A stretch of 32,000 nt of DNA, taken from positions 810,001-842,000 of the forward strand of contig OX638337.1 of assembly GCA_951812855.1 (NCBI GenBank), written 5' to 3'. Both the position numbers and the translations under genes were made by a program. This document shows, in pieces, positions 26,787 through 32,000 of the stretch. The stretch is from an uncultured Lentisphaeria bacterium (GTDB taxonomy: Bacteria > Verrucomicrobiota > Lentisphaeria > JABSQK01 > JAJFLO01). Below the pieces are notes generated by a model that ran no database searches, was not told the origin of the DNA, and saw only the letters and a list, made by a program, of their open reading frames with translations. Position 1 is the stretch's first letter, and the number at the start of each line of letters is the position of its first letter.

Positions 26787-27236
26787 ATGTCTGTTGAATT
26801 AACCCTGTTAGATAATGTCAATCACCTCGGTGAAATTGGGGATGTTGTTAAAGTTACCGATGGCTTTGCACGCAACTACCTGATACCAAAAGGATTAGCA
26901 GCCAAAGCAAACCCCGGGTCTCTCCGCCAGATCGAAGCAAGAAAGAGAATTCGACAGACAGAGTATGATAAAGAAGTTGTTTCATGTAACGAGTTGAATG
27001 AAAAAATTTCCAGCAATCCCATAACGATCCCAATGCAAGCTGGTGATAATGAAAAATTATATGGCTCTGTTACCGAACAACAAATTGTTGATACACTTGC
27101 TGAAATGAATTTCAATATCGAACGCAAACAGGTAGTATTAGCCGAACCCATCAGAAAATTAGGTGTATTTTCCGTTGACATTCATTTACATCGCGAAGTA
27201 ATTACAACCCTAAAAGTGTGGGTGGTTAAAGCTTAA
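26787..27236 (+). CDS. rplI: 50S ribosomal protein L9
   Basis: MSVELTLLDNVNHLGEIGDVVKVTDGFARNYLIPKGLA is the canonical L9 N-terminus. The start at ATG 26787 is preceded by AAGGA. Confidence 0.92.
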   Translation: MSVELTLLDNVNHLGEIGDVVKVTDGFARNYLIPKGLAAKANPGSLRQIEARKRIRQTEYDKEVVSCNELNEKISSNPITIPMQAGDNEKLYGSVTEQQIVDTLAEMNFNIERKQVVLAEPIRKLGVFSVDIHLHREVITTLKVWVVKA

Positions 27237-27243
27237 AAATAAA

Positions 27244-28656
27244 ATGGCAAATCCAAGCTCAGAAAACATTGGCCCGTTAATGGTTGGGGACAAACCATTA
27301 CCTCAATCTATCGAGTCAGAAAAAGCCGTTCTCTCTTGCCTTCTGCTAGACCCTTCTGAAACAATGGATCTGGTTTTTTCTAAAATTCTATCTGAAAAAT
27401 ATTTTCTAAATTCTTCCCACAAAAAAATTTTTTCCTGCCTTGCGGAAATGCGTAGTGACATGATTCCCGGAGTCATTGATATTGTAACATTGACAGATAA
27501 GCTTAGCAGCTCAGGGACGCTGGACCAGATTGGTGGTGAGGAATACCTAAACTACTTGCTCAACGTTGTCCCTACTACAGCAAATGTTGAGAAATATATC
27601 GAATCTGTTATTAATGCTTATATGCTGCGCAGCCTTATTAGCACCTGCAGTAATATTGTCGGAGAATGTTATGACTCAAATGGCAGCCTCCTCGATATTA
27701 TTGACCAGGTTGAGCGCCAAATTCTCAGCATTACCGCAATGAATATTGATGCCAGTACCTTAAGTATCGGAGAGCTAATGAAAGGTGCGATTAATCATTT
27801 AGAAAATCTCAGTCAAAAAAAGTCATCAACAATTGGATTACCAACTGGATATGACATCGATAATAAAATTACCGGACTAAAACCCGGGGAGTTAATCGTC
27901 CTTGCCGCCCGACCTTCAATTGGTAAAACTGCATTGGCATTAGATATAATGCGCAATATTAGTGTGAAACACGGTAACCCGGCGGGAATTTTCAGTCTTG
28001 AAATGGGAAACCACCAAATAGTATTACGCCTTCTGTGCAGTGAAGCACAAATAAACCTCAAAGATGTAAGAGACGGCAAGTTATCAAATGCTCAATGGGC
28101 TAATGATATCATGGGAGCCGGTGACCGCCTGCGTTCAGCTCCGATTTATATCGATGATACACCCCAATTATCAGCTTTGGAACTTAGACAAAAGGCAAGG
28201 CGAATGAAACAAGATTACAATATTCAGATAATCATAATTGATTATCTGCAGCTAATGAAGTCTGCAGGTGTTAATAAAACTGCATCCAGGGAACAAGAAG
28301 TAGCTAAACTTTCAGCCGATATTAAATCACTTGCAAAAGAACTGAATATACCGATTTTATTACTTTGCCAGCTAAATAGACAAGCAGAACAGGGAGATCA
28401 ACCAAAGTTATCCCATTTACGCGAATCCGGGGCAATTGAGCAGGATGCTGACATTGTCATGCTGCTTCACCGTAAACGAGAAACTCAATCAGAACAAGAA
28501 AACGAAGAAGACGGAATTGAATCTAAACTGATAATTGCAAAGAACAGAAATGGTGAGACTGGAATTGTTAATTTAGTTTTTAAACCTGAGTGGACACGTT
28601 TTTTTAATCAGTCTTATGTTTCGGATTCAGACGTAGCATCGATAACGAATTATTAA
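27244..28656 (+). CDS. dnaB: Replicative DNA helicase DnaB
   Basis: 470 aa. N-terminus PQSIESEKAVLSCLLLDP, Walker A LAARPSIGKTALAL, IIIDYLQLM and LRESGAIEQDADIVMLLHR. No intein-sized insertion. Confidence 0.95.
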   Translation: MANPSSENIGPLMVGDKPLPQSIESEKAVLSCLLLDPSETMDLVFSKILSEKYFLNSSHKKIFSCLAEMRSDMIPGVIDIVTLTDKLSSSGTLDQIGGEEYLNYLLNVVPTTANVEKYIESVINAYMLRSLISTCSNIVGECYDSNGSLLDIIDQVERQILSITAMNIDASTLSIGELMKGAINHLENLSQKKSSTIGLPTGYDIDNKITGLKPGELIVLAARPSIGKTALALDIMRNISVKHGNPAGIFSLEMGNHQIVLRLLCSEAQINLKDVRDGKLSNAQWANDIMGAGDRLRSAPIYIDDTPQLSALELRQKARRMKQDYNIQIIIIDYLQLMKSAGVNKTASREQEVAKLSADIKSLAKELNIPILLLCQLNRQAEQGDQPKLSHLRESGAIEQDADIVMLLHRKRETQSEQENEEDGIESKLIIAKNRNGETGIVNLVFKPEWTRFFNQSYVSDSDVASITNY

Positions 28657-28784
28657 TTTTCCAGTTTAAAAACACACAATCAACTAATAGATTACCAACT
28701 CAAATTTGACAATATCCTGATAAAAACTTTGTTTTTAGATTATCTAATTACAAACTCAAGTAACTCTTAAATTGAAATTAAAAC

Positions 28785-31076
28785 ATGAAAAGATATTTAA
28801 AAATATTAACGTCTTTGATTCTTTTCGGTTCACTGTCAGCCCTTGCAGTAACTGTGAATGAAATCATTGTTAAATCTACAACCAGTGAAATAATCCCGGA
28901 TGGAATGATCAAGGCAAATATGACATTGCAGAGTGGCGATGAATTTACTCCTGAACAACTCTCCCTGGATATTAAAACTCTCTATTTAACAAAACAATTT
29001 GATGACATTGAAGCTAAAGTTGAACCTGCTGCTGCGGGGAAAGTAAATATATTGCTCAACGTTAAACCCAGGGCCCGGGTTAGCTCTGTCATTTTTCATG
29101 GCAATGATATGATCTCATCTTCACGATTACAACAGACATTGACTCAGAAAACAGGCGAACCATTAGATGAAAAACTCTTAACAGATGATTTACAAGAACT
29201 CTATGATCTATACCATAAAAAGGGATACAATGATACAGTCATAAATCAACAGGTAATAAAAAATGAAGAATCAAATGACACTGAAATTCTCTATAACATC
29301 GATGAAAAAGCTCGATATAAAACTAAAGAAATAGAAATAATCGGCAACACAGTTTTTTCAGATCGTCAACTTCAAAAATTAATGAAGACAGATGTTTCAT
29401 TTTGGGGTCGAATTTTCCCAGTTGGTTTTTTTAACGAAACTGAACTGAAAAATGATTTGGACAAGATAAAACAAATCTACTGGAACAGTGGGTATCTCGA
29501 CTTTAAGATCGATAACATAGAAAGAAACTTTAATTCTGAAGCAAATAAAATTTACCTTGCCATTTACGTCCTTGAAGGATTACAATATTACGTAGGAGAA
29601 ACCCGTCTCTCCGGTAACCTCGAATTTAACACTGACACATTGGAAAGTTTACTGTCTTTAAAGTCAAATGAAATATTCAAAATTGATTATGAACGGAGAG
29701 ATATTGAGATTATCACAGATAAATATAATCAGGTTGGATATTTAGACTGTTATGTTTATGCAGATAGAATCATCGACAGTAAAAACAAAAATGTAACGAT
29801 TAATTTCATCATTAATGAAGGAAAATCGTCATCAATTAGAGATATTAACATCTCAGGAAATAAAGTAACCAAAGATTATGTCATTCGACGAGAGTTGAAA
29901 ATCTACCCGGGTGATCTGAGCGATTCCCGAAAAATAAACTCAAGTAAATCAAGCTTATTAAATCTGGGCTATTTCAATAAAGTCGACATAATCCCGGTTT
30001 CCACCGATGATCCTGAGCAGAAGGATCTAAACATAAAAGTAAATGAAAAATTAACAGGCCAACTACTATTTGGTGCAGGCTTTTCAAGTACAGATTCAAT
30101 ATTGGGTACCATCGAGATTGCTCAGTCAAATTTTGATATCAAAAATTATCCCACATTTAAAGGTGGTGGTCAACGATTCAGACTGCGTGCGAAGCTTGGA
30201 TCATCACGAAGGGATTTTGTTTTATCCTTTACAGAACCCTGGTTAAATGACAAACCTCTACGTCTTGATTATGAATTATGGCGCCGAGAAACATCGAGTA
30301 ACAGAAATTATGATCAAGACAGTTCAGGAACAAGTGTTAATATTACGCGAAAGTTAAAAAAACGTTTCTGGCGTCAATCATTTGGATACAGACTTGAAGA
30401 TATAGATATTAACGACATCGATTTGGATTTCAGCAATGAATTCCTTAGAAAAGAAGAAGGCAGTGAGCTCGTCAGTGCACTGACCCTGGGGTTTATTCGG
30501 GACCGCCGTGATAGAGTAATTCTAACATCCAGCGGATCAAGATTATCGATTCGAACAGAATTGCAGAGTGAAGTTATCGGCAGTTATACAAATCTATACA
30601 AATTAATTGCCACCGGGGATAAATACATTCCAATTTTCAAGCAAACCGTATTAAAACTTTCGGGTGAAATCGCTCAGGCAGTACGTGTTTCAGGGAATCA
30701 AATTAGAATTTTTGATCGTTATTTTGCTGGTGGGGCAAATTCCATCCGCGGTTTTAAGGAACGGGACGCCGGTCCTGTTGATTCGGCCAATGGAGAACCT
30801 GTCGGGGGACGCTCTATGATGCTTGCTTCAGCAGAAATGACAGGTCCAATCTACGAAGAAACTATTTTTTGGAGCCTGTTTGTTGATTCGGGAAGTGTAT
30901 GGGAAAAATCAGCAGGTTGGAATTTTTCAGAATTAAATGTTGGGTTAGGTGCAGGACTAAGATTATTCCTCCCCATTGGTGCAATTCAATTAGACTATGG
31001 CTGGCCGGTTGTACGTGAATTCGATCACCTCCGAAACGGTGGCAGATTTCATTTTAACCTGGGTTACAATTTCTAG
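28785..31076 (+). CDS. bamA: Outer-membrane protein assembly factor BamA
   Basis: 763 aa with a signal peptide and repeated POTRA-like units (I..I.v.G...). The C-terminal Omp85 barrel includes RGF...GPVD...GG and ends HFNLGYNF, with the terminal aromatic residue typical of OMPs. Confidence 0.9.
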   Translation: MKRYLKILTSLILFGSLSALAVTVNEIIVKSTTSEIIPDGMIKANMTLQSGDEFTPEQLSLDIKTLYLTKQFDDIEAKVEPAAAGKVNILLNVKPRARVSSVIFHGNDMISSSRLQQTLTQKTGEPLDEKLLTDDLQELYDLYHKKGYNDTVINQQVIKNEESNDTEILYNIDEKARYKTKEIEIIGNTVFSDRQLQKLMKTDVSFWGRIFPVGFFNETELKNDLDKIKQIYWNSGYLDFKIDNIERNFNSEANKIYLAIYVLEGLQYYVGETRLSGNLEFNTDTLESLLSLKSNEIFKIDYERRDIEIITDKYNQVGYLDCYVYADRIIDSKNKNVTINFIINEGKSSSIRDINISGNKVTKDYVIRRELKIYPGDLSDSRKINSSKSSLLNLGYFNKVDIIPVSTDDPEQKDLNIKVNEKLTGQLLFGAGFSSTDSILGTIEIAQSNFDIKNYPTFKGGGQRFRLRAKLGSSRRDFVLSFTEPWLNDKPLRLDYELWRRETSSNRNYDQDSSGTSVNITRKLKKRFWRQSFGYRLEDIDINDIDLDFSNEFLRKEEGSELVSALTLGFIRDRRDRVILTSSGSRLSIRTELQSEVIGSYTNLYKLIATGDKYIPIFKQTVLKLSGEIAQAVRVSGNQIRIFDRYFAGGANSIRGFKERDAGPVDSANGEPVGGRSMMLASAEMTGPIYEETIFWSLFVDSGSVWEKSAGWNFSELNVGLGAGLRLFLPIGAIQLDYGWPVVREFDHLRNGGRFHFNLGYNF

Positions 31077-31124
31077 ATGTTTATTAAAATTAGAAATAAC
31101 CCGTATCAATTAAAAAATCCTGGA

Positions 31125-31832
31125 CTAATAAAGAGTATTCTTTAACGTCGTCTCACTGCCAGCCGTAGAATTTTCAGTTTCTTCCCGATATTTTGCATAA
31201 AAATCTTCCGGGAGATAAATCAATCGAAAACCTGTGTATAAAACACGTTTATCAGATGGGTTTTCATAACATCTTGCATTGCAGTTACAATGTTTCTCTT
31301 CATTAATACAAGATCCACCTCGAATAATATGAGCTTCTCCAATATCATCGAGACACCATTCCCGGACATTACCAATTAAATCAGCACATCCATAAAGACT
31401 GACATTTAATGGATGTGTGCCAACAAAGCCTGCTTATGAACGCCTGGCAGTAAATGACCTCTTATCTCCATCTGCTTTTGGCAAGTTATTACCCCGGGGA
31501 TAAATTCTGCCGGCCGGTCCACGGGCTGCTATTTCCCACTCTTTTTCCGACGGAAAGCTGTAATATTCTCCTGTGACAGAGCGTGACCAACGAGCATAAG
31601 CTTTCGCATTTTGCCAGCTAATTGGTGTTGCCGGACAATCCGGTTTTGGCGGCAGTTGTTCCATAATATCAAATAGATCATAGTCGTAACTGGAATCAGC
31701 TGCAAACTGTTTGAATTGCTTAACGGTAATTGGATCGTTGACCATATAAAACAAAGCTGGAATTTTACTCGGTACTCGATCTTTTCCATAAAGGAAAGTA
31801 CTATCGGGTATGTAACAATATTCATGACTCAT
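31125..31832 (-). pseudogene. FGE/SUMF1-family (formylglycine-generating-enzyme-like) gene interrupted by an in-frame TAA
   Basis: Track ORF 31434..31832 ends ...ISWQNAKAYARWSRSVTGEYYSFPSEKEWEIAARG...FTARRS*. Reading on in the same frame (31433 down to 31125) gives AGFVGTHPLNVSLYGCADLIGNVREWCLDD...IIRGGSC...YTGFRLIYL...*, the rest of the domain (GNVWEW, RGGSW and GFR blocks). The stop is TAA, the complement of 31434-31436. Confidence 0.75.
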
Positions 31833-31876
31833 TCAAATAAATTTTTTAATTAATTAAGGTTCAAGACAACTTAAGT

Positions 31877-31884
31877 TGTATAAT
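31877..31884 (+). promoter_or_regulatory. Extended -10 element TGTATAAT
   Basis: TGnTATAAT-type sequence 26 nt upstream of the ATG at 31910. No clear -35 element. In AT-rich DNA such matches arise by chance. Confidence 0.2.
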
Positions 31885-31909
31885 TATTAACACAATCTAC
31901 TGTTTTTTG

Positions 31910-32000
31910 ATGAGTAACAAGTATACAATTCACTCCCGAATTTCGAATAAGAAATTTAGGCAGATTGTTAAGTACTATTCGTTGGATATTGAAGCGGATA
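31910..32000 (+). mobile_element. Possible 5' end of an IS1595-family (IS1016-like) transposase gene, running off the right edge
   Basis: MSNKYTIHSRISNKKFRQIVKYYSLDIEAD... follows the pattern of the IS1016 transposase N-terminus (MRKSRLSQYKQNKLIELFVAGVTA...) as I recall it: SR[LI]S-x2-K-x4-[IV]-x2-[FY]-x2-[GD][VI][TE]A. Only 30 codons are visible. Confidence 0.35.

Noticed and set aside
31434-31436. Alternative genetic code or programmed readthrough to explain the in-frame TAA
   Set aside because: TAA terminates several clearly complete genes in this window (for example the SNF2 helicase, htrA and rpsR), and TGA also acts as a stop (IMPase, menE-like). A nonsense mutation is the simpler explanation.
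3471-31825. Many 60-140-aa track ORFs nested in or antisense to larger genes (3471-3698, 4410-5202, 6896-7183, 8569-9426, 11297-11497, 12119-12867, 15081-15278, 16551-16799, 17872-18249, 19243-19434, 20249-20443, 21115-21527, 24262-24641, 24755-25087, 25618-25836, 26390-26575, 26876-27181, 27813-28079, 31529-31825)
   Set aside because: Each overlaps a gene with strong family motifs in another frame or strand. Their translations are low-complexity and lack motifs or ribosome-binding sites, so I treat them as frame shadows.
1-32000. CRISPR arrays, tRNA/rRNA genes, prophage or toxin-antitoxin modules
   Set aside because: Scanning the intergenic regions by eye showed no regularly spaced repeats, no cloverleaf-like GC arms, no rRNA-like conserved strings and no paired small ORFs with TA-like features. 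A tRNAscan/Rfam run would be needed to exclude them formally.

Overview
This is an AT-rich chromosomal window from a diderm bacterium (BamA, SecA and HtrA are present, as is RNase Y). The FGE-type paralogues hint at a PVC-like lineage, but I cannot establish that from sequence alone.

Most of the window is core housekeeping:
- der (partial, open to the left edge)
- a suhB-like inositol monophosphatase and a menE-like adenylating ligase
- htrA, rny, 5-formyl-THF cyclo-ligase, secA and holA
- two nucleotide-sugar enzymes
- rplY-pth and rpsF-ssb-rpsR-rplI-dnaB, followed by bamA

By eye I saw no rRNA, tRNA, CRISPR array, prophage or recognisable defence island.

Two things stand out.
1. An intact SNF2-helicase + SWIM zinc-finger gene pair (4115-8140) and an orphan DUF1015 gene. 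Both belong to conserved families with no assigned function.
2. An unusually high density of decayed accessory genes next to intact core genes:
- a fructokinase (mak-like ROK kinase) hit by a 5-bp tandem duplication, with ATT in the start position
- an FGE/SUMF1-family gene with an in-frame TAA
- a DinB-like gene frameshifted near a C6 run
- abutting stumps of a metallophosphoesterase and an M20 peptidase
- a probable FGE-domain relic in a 612-bp gap
- the start of an IS1595-like transposase at the right edge

I could not identify a convincingly novel multi-gene system. The SNF2/SWIM module is the best candidate, and the gene-decay pattern is the most informative biological signal. All calls rest on reading the six-frame translations and the raw sequence; no searches or folding programs were run.
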